From Octopus bimaculoides (lineage: Eukaryota): 64,000 bases of DNA. Numbering within the stretch: position 1 is the first letter of the stretch; each line of letters begins with the position of its first letter. Of this stretch, positions 1-13,228 are shown piece by piece. A model generated the notes under the pieces. It saw nothing but the letters and a program-made list of their open reading frames with translations. It was not told the origin of the DNA and did not search any database. The stretch covers positions 32,793,799-32,857,798 of the forward strand of contig NC_068998.1 in the NCBI RefSeq assembly GCF_001194135.2. The letters are read 5' to 3'. The position numbers were made by a program, and so were the translations under genes.

Positions 1-20
1 ATGGTGCATTTCATGTGTCA

Positions 21-367
21 CCCGCACATGAGCCAGTCCAGGGGCACTGGCAACGATCTCGCTCGAAAGATTTCATGTGTCGCCCGCACATGAGCCAGTC
101 CAGGGGTACCAGCAACGATCTCGCTCAAAAATCCTACGACGGCCCCGCACAAGAGCCAGTCCAGTGGCACTGGCAATGGTCTCGCTCGAAAAATTTCTTG
201 TGTCACCCGCACAAGAGCCAGTCCAGGGGCACTGGCAACGATCTCGCTCGAAAGATTTCATGTGTCGCCTGCACATGAGCCAGTCCAGGGGCACCGGCAA
301 CGATCTCGCTCGAAAATTCTACGAAGGCCCCGCACATGAGCCAGTCCAGGGGCACCGGCAACGATCT
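21..367. repeat. Minisatellite, ~6 units of 61-62 bp (cccgcacatgagccagtccaggggcactggcaacgatctcgctcgaaa + variable linker)
   Basis: Unit starts at 21, 83, 144, 206, 268 and 329; the sixth unit is truncated. It accounts for the ORFs at 15-397. Confidence 0.95.
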
Positions 368-389
368 ATATATATTATATATTGTCTTT

Positions 390-1330
390 TGTCTTAATAA
401 TGGTCAACCACACAGTAATTTCCCTTTGTTTAACGGTCATTTTTCACACACATGGAGGCACAATCAACTGCTTAAGGAGATCATATATGTGCTAGGTATG
501 GCAAGGGTTAAACCAGAATCTCTTACAACATTCTATATGGCAGGAGGCAGCTAATCGCGATCAGGAACAGCTATGTCATATGAGGCATGGTAATGGAGTT
601 TTCTGAGTGGTGCAGATGACTGGGTGTGCTCAGCAGACCTCCCAGGATTAACAAAACAACCAGAAATCATCAGGAAGCGTGGCTTGAGTCTGGATATTGT
701 ACTCCAATACAGTTCATTAAAGCAAGGGGTTTTGATTGAACTCACCATGCTATTTGAAAGTAGAATAAAAGAAGCACACATGTTCAAGACTGAAAAATAT
801 GGCAGTCTGGCCAACAGTCTGAGGGAAGCAAACTCTGGGTCAAAGTTCTCACCATAGAGCTTTGAGCCAGAGGTTCTATGAGCAAATCTGCTTGCAATTT
901 AATGAAACAACTTTCAGTCTCCAGGAAGAACAGGACCAAAGACCTAAAGGTAATATCAGAGAGAGTAGAAAGATATTCCAGCTGGATCTGGTCAAGGAAG
1001 GATAAAAACAACCTCCATACCATTCAATGGCAATCTTTTCGTGTATTAATGCTAAGGGAAGTAACTCTGAGTGAGCCATTGTGATAGCCTTGACATTTCA
1101 CTGCTACCACAGCAACCAGCATTATTTCTTTAAATACAAATTTGAAAGCTGAGTCAATGGAGAGGAGTTATTAGATGAATTCTCCTGGCAGTTCAAAAAG
1201 TATCAGCAGGAAGGGCACCCAGGAGTCATGACCTGGATGTGATCCGGACCCCCTTAGAGTGTAAGAAGTTAAGGGTTGAAACACTTGCCTGAGGGGTGTT
1301 TCTTCTCTGAAGACCTTCTACTGTTCAGCT
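390..1330 (+). mobile_element. Decayed HERO/NeSL-like non-LTR retrotransposon, 3' part (restriction-like endonuclease domain and 3' UTR)
   Basis: Frames give HTWRHNQLLKEII, then L-DIVL...IELTMLFESRIKEAHMFKTEKY and SERVERYSSWIWSRK. These match recalled HERO-type RLE motifs (RPDIV, IELTVPWE, EAHERK..KY, A.RWLW). Frameshifts are present and the 3' end is approximate. Confidence 0.75.
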
Positions 1331-1563
1331 CTCTTGAGAGTTTCTTACCCCTTAAGGATCTTAGATTTCGCTCAACCTTACCCATTTTTGTTTTGAGTTC
1401 ATACAAAAGCTGCATTACATTGTAAACAGATTGATCAAGATCTACAGAAGTGAATCAAATTACCAACGCATAATGATCATTTTATAATTTTGATGCTTTT
1501 CAAACCAATACTGTCCTGCCTACTAATAGGGAAGTAAACAAGGTCATTGAGACTTGAGTATTT

Positions 1564-1665
1564 AATGTAGCAATGGTGACAATGTAGCAATGGTGAAAAT
1601 GTAGCAATGGCGACAATGTAGCAATGGTGACAATGTAGCAATGCTGAAAATGTAGCAATGGTGAT
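1564..1665. repeat. Six copies of a 17-bp tandem repeat (aatgtagcaatggtgac)
   Basis: Read directly from the sequence; 1-2 substitutions per unit. Confidence 0.95.
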
Positions 1666-1944
1666 AGCATAATATATGAAATAACTCCATTTCTTCTGGT
1701 CTGAGATTTTCAGCAACCCTGGAAGAGGAGTTTACAGTTACTACACTTTGTCAAATGTGACCTAAAAGCAGTTATAGGAAGGGTAATCTCATTCACCAAT
1801 GGTAATTCGATACTTCACTGATAGCATACATCTAAATCATATTCATGTTAGCAATTCATAATATTATTTTATAGTCATTCTTATTGGCAAGTACTTATTA
1901 AGTGTGCTGAGGAGCCAAGAATCTTCTGGAAATATTAATTTTCA

Positions 1945-2105
1945 TTGTGCCTTACAAAGTTTAAGCAATGCCTACGATAGAGTATTGCTCCCACATCTGG
2001 AAAGCTGTTGTTACTGCACATAGATCTCTTAAACCTCATCCAGGAAAAGGCCATGCAATTGGGTGGCATTCAATCACTCACAAATATACTTAAAACTCTG
2101 GGCCA
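1945..2105 (+). mobile_element. CR1/Jockey-group LINE RT C-terminal fragment
   Basis: Translates to ~PTIEYCSHIW...DLLNLIQEKAMQL, resembling the EYCSHIW...LDRIQ.KA thumb motif; degenerate. Confidence 0.55.
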
Positions 2106-2228
2106 CAAACAAACTTTCTCCTCTTTCTTCCTTTTTACTGATATGATAGATTGGAGTTAATTTGTTTGACTAAAACCCTTCAAGCAGCATGGCCACACTC
2201 TAATGACTGAAACAAGCAAAAAGTGAGA

Positions 2229-2230
2229 TA

Positions 2231-2263
<33 letters not shown>

Positions 2264-2420
2264 GCATGCATGCATGCATGCATGTATGTATGTATGTATG
2301 TATGTATGTATGTACATATATATATATATATATATATANNNNNNNNNNNNNNNNNNNNNNNNNNNNNNNNTATATATACCTATACATCCATGCATGTGTG
2401 TGTGTGTGTATGTGTATGTG
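2229..2420. repeat. Compound microsatellite (TACA)n/(ATGC)n/(TATG)n/(TA)n/(TG)n spanning a gap
   Basis: Visible in the sequence; N gap at 2339-2370. Confidence 0.95.
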
Positions 2421-5400
2421 TATAAGATGGTTGAGGTCGGGCATTTAGGGATTTTTAATGCATTTGTCTTTATTTCCTTTCATCACCCTACTCTCTTAAG
2501 GGTCTTATACCTAGATATAGTTGTTACTGAAGGACCCCTATGCCTCCTTGTATGAATGTTAATCCTTTGATACTCATTCTTAACTTATGTTTTCCTGCAA
2601 ATATTAACTTGCAGAGCTTCTTGAGAAATATTAGCAGCATCCACATGAGTCTAGAAAAGCCTACAATGTCAATGGGAACAGCCATTCCTTCAAATTCAAT
2701 AAGCGAAGAAAGGAAAAAAGAATATAACAATTTGTACATGACACCTACAAATTCACCTATGTTTAGTATCTAGGAGAATAAAACGTTCTGCCAGTCTGAC
2801 TTTCCCTTGATACATTTTACACATTTTATATGAAGATACTTTTAGTGTTGTCCAAACAACTCAGTGGGCTATGAGGACAGTGTTATTTATTTTATTTTCT
2901 AAAATATAATCATATAATTCATATTTATAAAGGTTGCATTGTGTTAATTTTCTACTGAATTTATCCTTTTGAACATAATAACTATTTCAGTTAATCCTTA
3001 GCATTGATAAAATGGTGCTGCTGAACTCACCAAATAATTTGACTAGCAATGATCAATAGAAGGCTAGTTAAAAATAAATATGAACTCATTTGCAACACTG
3101 AACAAAATATGATAGTAGTGAAATTATTTATAACAAACTGTAAACCTGTATTAGTTGGTTGAAAAATTTGTTCATCTTATTTTTTTAAATAACAAAACAA
3201 CATGAAAAAAATGAGATGCAAACCACCATTCAGTTCCAGAGGTCAACTATTCTATTAATATAGTGTGAACTTATTGATTGGCCAACTACAATGCTTTACC
3301 ATTTGAGTTCAAATTTCAGTGATGTTCACTTTTTATTCTACCATCATAAAAAACTTGTCAATAAAATAATTTGTAAAGTTGATGTAATCAACTACTCTTT
3401 AGGAAGTGATGCTTGAGTACAAACTCTGTCTAATCATTGATTCCAGTAAAAGAGTAAGCAAAATAATCAGTCATTCATAGTGGTGTAAGATATTTATTTG
3501 GGTGCAGATGTCAATATTTAAAAGAAAATGGTTTAATACGTTCTGGTCATCACATACAGATCAGCTCAAAACCTGATCTTGTAAGGCTGAGTGAGATTTT
3601 TAGAGGACTAATTTCTGAAGTTGCGTAGAGTAATGTTTGCATTTAATTTGGCCTTCTGTTTTCCATCACTTATAGAAATGGTTCTGAGATACTTGGACTT
3701 CACCTGCTTCAGTGTGGAACTGGTGCAATAATATGTCAAATTCAGAACTTGGTGATCAGAAGAAAGTCCCAAATGAAAAAAGGCAAACACTATTTCCTAT
3801 TTGGCTTTTACTTGAATTTTGTGGTAGTGAAAAAACTAAGATCCCCAAAACAAGCAGCCAAAATGTGGTTTCTCAGAAGAGTAAATGGGGAAATATTACT
3901 CAATACACTATGTTGCTTAGATACTAGAAAGTTACTCAGAGTTGAGCTACAATTTCTTCACACTGAGAGGTCAGAGCTCTGATACAATGGGCATGTGATT
4001 AGAATGTTTCAAGAAAGATTCACTCGACAGATTTTACTAGCGATATCATCTGGCAGGAGGCCTGATGGCAGATCATGAGCAAGATGATTGGATAATATCC
4101 ACAGTTTTGGTTGGTCTCACAACCTTTAACTTGAGCAATGAAAGTGAATGAATGAATGGGTGGATGAAGTAGAGGAGTGGCTTGCAATTTACATCTCTAA
4201 ATTCTAATGAAAGACCAGAGCTCAGAATTGCTGACTAGTGAAACATTGATCATAATTAGTTTTTCTGTTTATTATAGAAATAAGCTGTAACTGACCATAG
4301 TAACTTTGTATGGGATAGATGGCAGAGCCAATATAACTAATAAATCTCTGTCAATTAATCAGAACTTCATCAGTGACATTTTAACTGTTGACTAATTGGA
4401 AAGTTTTCTAACATACTCTTGTTTTTGCTGTTGTGTAACTCAAATCATATCTGTTTGAGTGTTGCTACATTACTGAAGTGGCCGACTGAGAGTAGTTTTT
4501 CTTACATGAATTTTATGATAAGAAATGCAACATTAAGTAGGTGGTCACTTCTTACAAGACAGCATCTAATTTGTTGAAGGAGATTTAATTACAATGCTAG
4601 TTATCACAGCAATAGCTGAAAACTGTCATGCTGTCATAAGCCAGTATAGATTTGTGAGAATTCAACAGATTTTTATATATGGAATCATTATTGCTTGAGA
4701 CATATAAGATAAATTTAATCACATTGTTTAAATGACAAAATTCAGTTAATTATAATTATGAGTAAATAAAAGAAAATACTAAAAAGAATTATTGAATAAT
4801 ATTCCATTCTAATTTCTGTTCAAGTGATACAAGCTTTGATGATGATGATGAAATATTCAAAGAAAAATTTAAAAAGTGTAATGTTTAAACACATTTTGTA
4901 AAACTGTTCCACACTTTTTTAAACAAAATTATAAACATGTTTTCTTTTTAGAAAACATTTTTTTTTTTGCCTTTTATTGCATCTGTATTAAAACTCATTA
5001 GTGTATATGCAAGTGGAAGTATTACATTTTGATTATTGAAATTTTAATTCATTAGTTTTTGTGGATTTTATTAATGTATCAAATATTTTGTCTATCTGTG
5101 TCAGGATGCAATGCAACAATCCTGCATGGAATGAAAAATTTTGTTAAGATGTCCATGTATTTGAGTTTTATCATCCCAGATATATGAGAAGTATTCCTAT
5201 ATGAGATGCACTTACACTTTGTGACAGATTACCAAATTTTCAGTGTTGATGTATTTCTAGCTAAATGTCTAATTGAACTAAGATTCCTCTTCCAGTTTTA
5301 ATGTGAAGATTATTAATTCAGTTTTTTTATTTCTCTAGCAATAAGCAAAGTAGCTAGTTAGAAAATCTCTATAAGAGATGAAAGTAGTAACTATACTGAG

Positions 5401-6284
5401 AAGTAATATTTATCACATCAATATGGCTGTTCTGTAGGAATCGACGTTACTACCATTTTTAACCCTGGGAGAAACCTCCTCCAGCTGGTTATCAATGCAA
5501 TCTGCACCCAATACATATTGCAGGCAGGGGAGTGAACTCCCGTCTTCTAGCAGACAACAGGATCACCATAAACATTATTTCTCTAGTCTTCTAAAACAAC
5601 TTTCATGAAAGATTCTCAGAGTTTATAATACAATAGAGACAATAGGTTTTAGTTGTGAATGGTTTGTAATGTAACTTGTATTTATGAGAAGCTGAGGTAA
5701 TTAGGTCATATAATTTGAATTTCAGCTTCTCAGTTGCAAAATCCCAAAATCGCATATGTTCAAATTTTGCAACGTATGTCAAGTTAAATATTCTTTCTCT
5801 CTATTACTTTTCTCTCTTGTTTCATTTCAACAATTTTGAAATTTCCAACCTGATAAAAATAAGGAAAATATTAAACTGTATTGGAATTCTTATTCCAGTT
5901 TCAATAAATATATAATTTTACTCTGCTTTTCATTTCTTTAACATTCAAACCTTGTTTGCATTGGTTTCTCTGTTCATTGCAAAAATATTCCCTTCTCTTT
6001 CTATAGAACAGAACAGAAAGGATGAGCCAGATAGTTTATTGAAGTGCTTTACACTGAAAACTTCTATATCTATAACAGTGTTCTTTCAACCAAAAGGCAT
6101 TAATATTATATTTTAAAGAAACATGAAAAACAATACATACCAAAATAGGCATATGTAAGGAATTGAATTTCTCACATCTCCCTTGCTTTACTTGAGGTTG
6201 TTTTAGAACTCTCTTATAGAACTATATCAGGTTCTAGCTGACTCTTTTAAGCTGTTCAATACATTTATGGTGCTATACTATCAT

Positions 6285-6416
6285 CAAAATCATCATCATA
6301 TACAAGTAAAAAAAGATGGAAAAGATGATGTTTATGATAATGATGGTAATGGTGGTGGTAATGATGATGGTGATGATAATCATCATCATTGTAACCACCA
6401 CCACCACCACCACCAC
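6285..6416. repeat. Trinucleotide low-complexity tract (CAT/GAT/GGT/CAC)
   Basis: Visible in the sequence; produces the poly-H/G/D pseudo-ORFs. Confidence 0.9.
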
Positions 6417-8269
6417 AGTTATAAAGTTTGTTTAACCATGCTGCAGACATGGAATACATAAGTCTGTCATATCAATCATTTATCCTCATGGTTGGGAAGC
6501 CCATAATCTTTATGTTAGGCCTTACTGCTTCTTCCCTTAGAGCTTCTGCAACAGCACACAACACTTTTTCATGCAGTTGTCATCTATTCTTGTTGCCTCT
6601 ATACATTAAAAATTGTCTTTTTCGTGGTTTCATTGCTGTCACCACCACCACCAACACCATTATCATCAACATTATCATCATTGTCATCCTTACTGTGCTG
6701 CCATCACTATTATCCCCATCATTATTCCAAAATCTACTTTGCATTGCTGACCTGGAATGAGTTTCCCTTTAAAGAATAGTATAATAGATTCAGCAATAGA
6801 TAAATTTTGAAACCTGCAATTGTAAACTTGGTGTTTTACTGCAAAATAAAACTAGAAAATGGTTGAAATGTTAGAATGTGTCCAAACCTTGCGATATTAT
6901 AGTAAGTGCCTTGTGAAAAGTTCAAATCTCTCTTGGGGTAGGGTGCTAGTTTTTATCACTGGTACCATTCTTTTAAAATGTAATAGATGAACAGGGCAGG
7001 AAAATTAAAATGTAAGGGCTTCAATGGTTTATAATGTTACACATATCTCCAACTTTACAGTATTAGGCAAATGAGATATGTATGTCCCCCCACCACCACC
7101 ACCTAGGACATTGCACTATCCCTGTCAATATTATTAAAGAATCTACTACCCCTGTTGGAGGGCTAGAAGGGCTGAAGCAGTTTAACTGTTGGCAACATTC
7201 ATGAAATATTTGGTACAAATTCCTGGCAGTTAGGTGAGCTGGAGTAATGTAGACTGTTGCTCTGTCACAGCTAACATTTCCCTTTCTGCTAAATGAACTG
7301 AGATGCAATGCAGAGTTTTGTTCAGAAACCCTTCATCTGATAATTTATTTGAATTGAAAACATTTGAAGAAATACTCCAATAAAGGATTCATTCAGGTAT
7401 TTCTTTCCTATGTATTTAAATAAATTAGTATATCTTCAATTGCCTTAATCAAATAAGTGATTGCATTGAGAAAATGGAGTACTCAATGTACTCATTTGAG
7501 AAAATGGAGTAGTCATGATTTGAAACTGAATCACTGGGTAGGTGAGCAGACATCATGCTCAGACCACAATGGTTTCACATGATCAGTCTATTAAGTGATC
7601 AATCTGCATCAGACTATTGCGTGATTTGATTTTCAAGACTTTTTTCACTGTGCCCTATATAATGGCAGTACCCTATATAATGGTAATCAATGAATGCTGA
7701 GGCAGCCACATGATGTTGCCATTCTCATCTCCACACCCAGTCAATTAAGACAGATGACAAACAGTAGACGGGAGATTTTGTCAGCACGAATGTAACAGTT
7801 ATTTTCCAGTTCTGTTGGGCCAACCACAGATTGCTATATCAGTTAACTTGTTGTAAATCCCAAGCAGTATATCCTTTCCATATGTAATTATTCTTATTAG
7901 TATTTGTAAAAGATCAACGGAGAAAACACTATGTGCAGTAATAAAGTCTTCTGTTAATTGTTCTTCAGTGTTGCTACTTCTTCATGCAGCCCGAGAAATA
8001 CATCATTCACTAACTCAACAGACACCATAATGGCTTTTGAAGAAATGCCAAACCACATTCATGTGACAATGTTATTAATGAGTCAGACAACAAAGTAGTG
8101 TTTTATATAAATGATATGCAATGAGTTGAAAAACTTTGATCAATTAAGCAAGCAATTATTTCATTAAAACTTCCTTTAGATTGAGACAATTTCAAAATGA
8201 TCAACATGTCCCAAGGGTAGCCTTCAAATTTTTGTATGAAATTTTTAAAATCCAATTTTTCAATTTCAT

Positions 8270-9270
8270 GTGTGTGTTTGTATTTATCTCTCCCCACTTG
8301 ACTTGACAGCTGGTGTTTGCTTTCTTTGCATCCTTGGTAATTAGCAGTTTCAGTAGAAGAGACCAACAGAATAAGTGTTAAACTTCAAAATAAGTACCGG
8401 AGTTGATTTGATGAAGTAAATTTTTTAAGGCAGTGCTCTAGGTGGGCTGTGGTCCAATGACTAAAACAAGTAAAATAATATTTTTATATTTATCTAGGTG
8501 GTGCTCCAGCATGTCTACAGTTCAGTGACTGAAACTAGGAAAAGTATAAAAGGATACATACATAAGTGCAAGTGTGACTATGTGGTAAGAAGCTTGCTTC
8601 CCAACCACATGGTTCTGGGTTCAGTCCCACTGCATGACACTTTCAGGAAGTGGCATTTGTTATAACCTCGGGCTGACAAAAGCCTTGTAAGTGGATTTGG
8701 TAGATGGAAACTGAAAGAAACCCATCGAATATTTGTGTGTGTGTGTGTGTATCTTTGTGCTGGTCTCCCACCACTGCTTGACAACTGGTGTTGGTTTATT
8801 TATGTTCCTGTAACTTAGTTGTTCAGCAAAAAGAGACCGATAGAATAAGTATTAGGCTAAAAAATAAAATACTGGGGTCAATTCAATTTACTAAAAGGTC
8901 TTCAAGGCAGTGCCCCAGCATGGCTGCAGTCTAATGACTGAAGCAGATGAAACGTACATGTGTGTGTTTATAGATATATATTTAAAAATATGTGTGTGTG
9001 TGTGTGTGTATTATATAGTTTATAGGTTAGAGACAGATATTCTCTGTATAGAACACAATTTGTAGTGCTCAAGAGATTTGAACTTGAGCAGGAAGAGGAG
9101 TAAATGTAAGGAGAAGCAAGTTAGGCAAGTCGATATACAAAATGTATTAAATGCATTTAAGAAGCCTGAAAGAAGCCTGTAACTTAGCAGTTTGGCAAAA
9201 GAGACCGATAGAATAAGTACAAGGCTTACAAAGAATAAGCTCTGGGATCGATTTCTTTGACTTGCCTAAC
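8270..9270 (+). mobile_element. Cluster of Octopus-type tRNA-derived SINE copies (family A): 3' fragment 8270-8475, short fragment ~8497-8545, near-full copy 8575-8950, fragment 9170-9270
   Basis: Shared motifs: tgtggtaagaagcttgcttcccaaccacatggttctgggttcagtccca (head), aaaagagaccgatagaataagt (core), aatgactgaaacaagtaaaa (tail). The same motifs recur elsewhere in the window. Confidence 0.85.
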
Positions 9271-9307
9271 TTGCTTGTCCTTACAATTACTCCTATATAT
9301 ATATATA

Positions 9308-9537
9308 TCATCATCATTATCATCATCATCATCGTTTAACATCCGCTTTCCATGCTGGTATGGGTTCGTCGGTTTGACTGAGGACTGGCGAGCCAGATGG
9401 CTGCACTAGGCTCCAATCTGATCTGGCAGAGTTTCTACAGCTGGATGCTCTTCCTAATGCCAACCACTCCGAGAGTGTAGTGGGTGCTTTTACATGCCAC
9501 CAGTACGAGGGCCAGTCAGGTGGTACTGGCAACAGCC
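9308..9537 (-). mobile_element. SINE/LINE-tail repeat (family B) ending in (GAT)n
   Basis: catcatcatcgtttaacatccgctttccatgc...ctggatgctcttcctaatgccaac; similar copy at 17865-18305. Confidence 0.8.
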
Positions 9538-10002
9538 CACATCAGAGGTTAAGGACGGTTGAGAATTAATTCTGGAATGCAATCATTCTAGGTGGGCTGT
9601 GGTTCAATGACTGAAACAAGTAAAATAATAATATTCCAGTCCCAAGTTGAATTCTAACTATTGGCCAGTTTGTCCCATTGTCCCAAAGTTCTTATCTTGA
9701 CATAAAATTAACAAAGTGAATGTCATTTATCTCCCCCTTGATCTCTGAAGTCATCTGATGGTGTGAATTAACTAAGCCTTACCTGCTAGAGATAGCAACC
9801 CAAATGCTTTTAAATCAAATCCCAATGCTGGATGTTCAAGGACCAAAGGAAGGGCAAATTTTCAATTCCAGGATCATCCTGATTCCAAAAGGGTATAATA
9901 TGTCTATGTTGAGCAAATGTACACTGAGATACAGGGGTCCCTGACAGTGAGACAGAATCTTGCTTTTATTACACACACACACACATGTATACACGCATGC
10001 AT

Positions 10003-10046
<44 letters not shown>

Positions 10047-11253
10047 TTCTAGCAGGCTGAGCAATGACAAAAGAGTCCTTAGAAGTACATGGGTTTTATG
10101 GGCTGTTGTTTAACCACAAGTTTGTCTTGGGCTATATTATTTATTATCCTGCCTTGTTTATTGATAGCAAGGTGTGATTTTTACTGGAAATTTAGCTACT
10201 ATCTATAGCAACTCAGTAACATCATAGGTATATTTACAAAGATCAACAAATTCTTGTATTTGAGAAGAATACTTTTCAGGCTGTTTCTGATTGTAGTTTT
10301 GGACTGTGCTCTGTGAGTCAAATAATAAAGATTTCTTCAGTAGTGCAACTGAAGTATTTGTGACTACATGAAGGTGGGTAACAAGTTGTAGAGCATACAA
10401 GATAGAACCAATAAATATACACTGTAATCTTACAAGGAAATAAGCCAAATGAAGATAAAAAAAATTATACTACAGTATCTACAGGGTATTAGAGTTGGGG
10501 ATGCTCTCAACTCCAACCTGTTATTTCTCTCAAATGAGCAATTCAGTTAAGTATTCTGTCTTTTATTTGTATAGCTATGTATCTCATAATTCAATCTTTG
10601 CAGTAATTATCTCCTGAAAAATATCAAATTATGTATTTGCTATTTTCTTTATTTTCTATTTGAGGAAAGCTATTAACATGATAGCTTATAGCAGTTATCC
10701 ATTTCCTGTCAAGTTTGCAACAAACTATTTCTACACTTATCACTAATATATAATTTGCCTCCATGACTTCAGACTGTCTCTCATAGAATTTGCACCAAAG
10801 TCCAGATCTAGTTCAATTACTTTTTCTTTTTTGCATTAACATTAACTTACTTTTAGTTAAGAGAATATTTGTAATTTAAACTTTTATTACTTTATTGTGT
10901 AAATCCTTTCTTAGACAATGAGTTGGTTAATAAGAAATGTTACTTTCCCATTAGCTCTATCTATTCTCTTATCTTTGCAAGGCTAATTTTTCACCCTGAT
11001 CTCCATTAAAATAAAAGCATGCTGGAGTACATCTTATACTATTCTCTATATATTTTATTTTTGTTTATTTTATGCATTAACTTTCCTCTGGCTTTTATAA
11101 AACTTTTCTTGTCAAAATAAAATTTTTAAAAATACGAACGAGATAATAAATGGTTAGCTTTATTCATGATTTCATTCTGTTAAAAACATTAAAAAATTCA
11201 AAGACCTAACTTCATAAATGGAAGCAATTTCTTGAAATGAAAACTGCATGAGA

Positions 11254-11284
<31 letters not shown>

Positions 11285-11689
11285 CTCGTGTGTGTAAATG
11301 AATGGCACATGAAAGGATTCAACACACTTGGTTGGAGTTACTTGTATTTAATAAGTTTGCCTCCGTACCACATGACTTAAGGTTTCATGACCCATTCATT
11401 TCATATGTTTGGAGGCTTTGGTCTCAATTAGACAGCTGAAGTTACATGATATTAATACTATCAAAGCAATGCCAATAATTTATTTTTTATTTTTTAAGTC
11501 CATGTAATTGGACAGACTGTTGGCATGATACTGGTGCTATTTTGATGGCAGGTTGTGACATAATATATTCAGTAACATCAGTACCTTACATTGGGTGCCA
11601 CACAGGGTAGGGTAATATGTTAGATGGAGTCATTAACTCAGTCATCGTTTAGCTTGAAGTTAATTAACAAGGTGTATCTTTAGTAGCAA

Positions 11690-12990
11690 CAGTAAGATAA
11701 TTCATTCTTCCAATTGATGAATACTGTGGATTGGTAGAACAATGTGTAGTTTCTCAAAGGCACAAAGTTGGCAGTATTGAGCTCTAAGTGAGTAAGGAGA
11801 GGTCCTGTCAAAAATATTCCATTTCATGTTCGGGAAGTCATTTTGATGGTTACAAAGTCTCCAGATGAAGTGAAACAGGGAAATGGAGTTTCCCCTGACC
11901 CTGCATCTAAAAGAATGCATGCACTATGTATAACGTCCTTCAAAGCTATTGTCAAGCTCATGTAGTGTCTTGTAATGCCATTAGATGGTGTGAGGATGGG
12001 TCTATAAACTACGGCCTTTGAGAAGTAGCATCCTCCCAGTAGTCATTTAACAATTACAGGTTGTAATGTGAATTGGAGGTTATGTTGATGTGATTCACAC
12101 CTATGGTAGCATGAAAAGTTTGAAGTGATATTGTCTAGGTATGAATAGCTGACCTTGACATTAAGGGGATTGAAGGATTTATAATATCTATGGGTTCTAG
12201 GGAAATACATTTTAATTAGCATCAGCAAATTCCTAATTGAAACAGATTATTTTTCACTTTTTAACTCACTTCAGGTTTGGATGTGGGTGGGAGGTTTCTC
12301 CATACAGTCTAACTTATTGGTAAAGCCCCTCGTTGCTAATACCTCATTTTGGTTGGATGTGACCCTGTTGAAGATCTCCCTGTGTGCTGATAGATTAGAG
12401 ATTCTTCTACTGATGCCTGTAACTTGATTAATAATTACAGCTGGAGGGTGGTTGCTGAGTTTATAAATATAAATAGTTTCCTCCCTGCATTTTCTGTAGT
12501 GAATATACTTGCCTGACTGAAGGTTTAGGATTACATTCAGGAAGTTCCCAATGTTAAACTGGTGGTAATTGTTACATGTAGGCAAATTCTTTGAAAACTT
12601 TTATCAGATTCTTCCTGAAGTTATCTGTGGCATGGTTATTCATGTAGTTTCAGATTGGCAGATTACCATTTCTATATAGGACTGAAATATGAAGGTACGT
12701 GCATTTCTTTAGAGTATCTAGGGTAAATAACCCAATGCAAGCAGGTATGTTAGCCTTGTCATAGCTTCCCAGACAGTGCTTTATCCTCCTTTTTTACCCA
12801 ATGAGAATCATCTTGAAGTAAGATTGACTTTCTTGTGTTCATGATCATTTTGAAATAGAGGTTATTGATTTTGTTGAATTGCCTACCAAAATCTAGGGCC
12901 TTCAAAAGGAAGGATTTTGATAATGGATGGTAGATATCCACAGTATGAAACAGGATGAACAAGCAGACCACTTCATTTTAGAAGCTATGA
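11690..12990 (-). mobile_element. Decayed Penelope-like element (RT C-terminal half plus GIY-YIG endonuclease), possibly Naiad-like
   Basis: Minus-strand ORFs: VDIYHPLSK..LLKALDF...IMNTRKSILL...WVKK; NFLNVILNLQSGKY...KLSNHPP...ISRRISNLS; FPRTH...FNPLNVKVSYS; CNC..(*)LLGGC...VVY; FIWRL...KWNIFDR..PYS...CQLC..EK. Many stops and frameshifts. Confidence 0.85.
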
Positions 12991-13061
12991 AACCAATCAC
13001 TGCAATCCCAGTGGGTCAATCCACAGCCCTTCTATGAGTGATTTCAAAATTTTTGTACATG

Positions 13062-13228
13062 GCCAGCCATTTCAGGAGTTGGAGTAAGTCAATTACATCG
13101 ACCCCAGTGCTCAAATTGGTACTTATTTCATCGATGCTGAAAGGACGAAAAGCAAAGTTGACCTTGGTGGTGTTTGAACTCAGACTGTAAAGACGGACGA
13201 AATGCTGCTAAGCATTTCAGCCCTTCTA
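13062..13228 (-). mobile_element. tRNA-derived SINE (family C), reverse orientation
   Basis: atcgaccccagtg...ggtacttatttcatcga...gttgaccttggtggtgtttgaactcag...aaatgctgctaagcattt; similar copy at 37775-37977. Confidence 0.8.

Noticed and set aside
21-367. CRISPR-like pattern (conserved repeat with variable spacer)
   Set aside because: The 'spacers' are only ~14 bp, related to one another and periodic; the context is eukaryotic and there are no cas genes.
1270-1320. GAAAC...GTGTTTC...CTGAAGA in the HERO-like 3'UTR as a type II hammerhead
   Set aside because: There is no room for stem I; it reads better as a simple GAAACAC/GTGTTTC hairpin.
2157-2555. YI/HT/CV-repeat ORFs here and at 24.5, 26.2, 30.0, 42.5, 55.3 and 62.6 kb
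   Set aside because: Microsatellite translations with no coding signal.
10279-10311. 33-bp candidate micro-exon (ttttcag...TCT|gtgagt); another donor-like site at ~14052
   Set aside because: Good splice-like sites arise by chance in 64 kb; I found no recognisable protein and no consistent exon chain.
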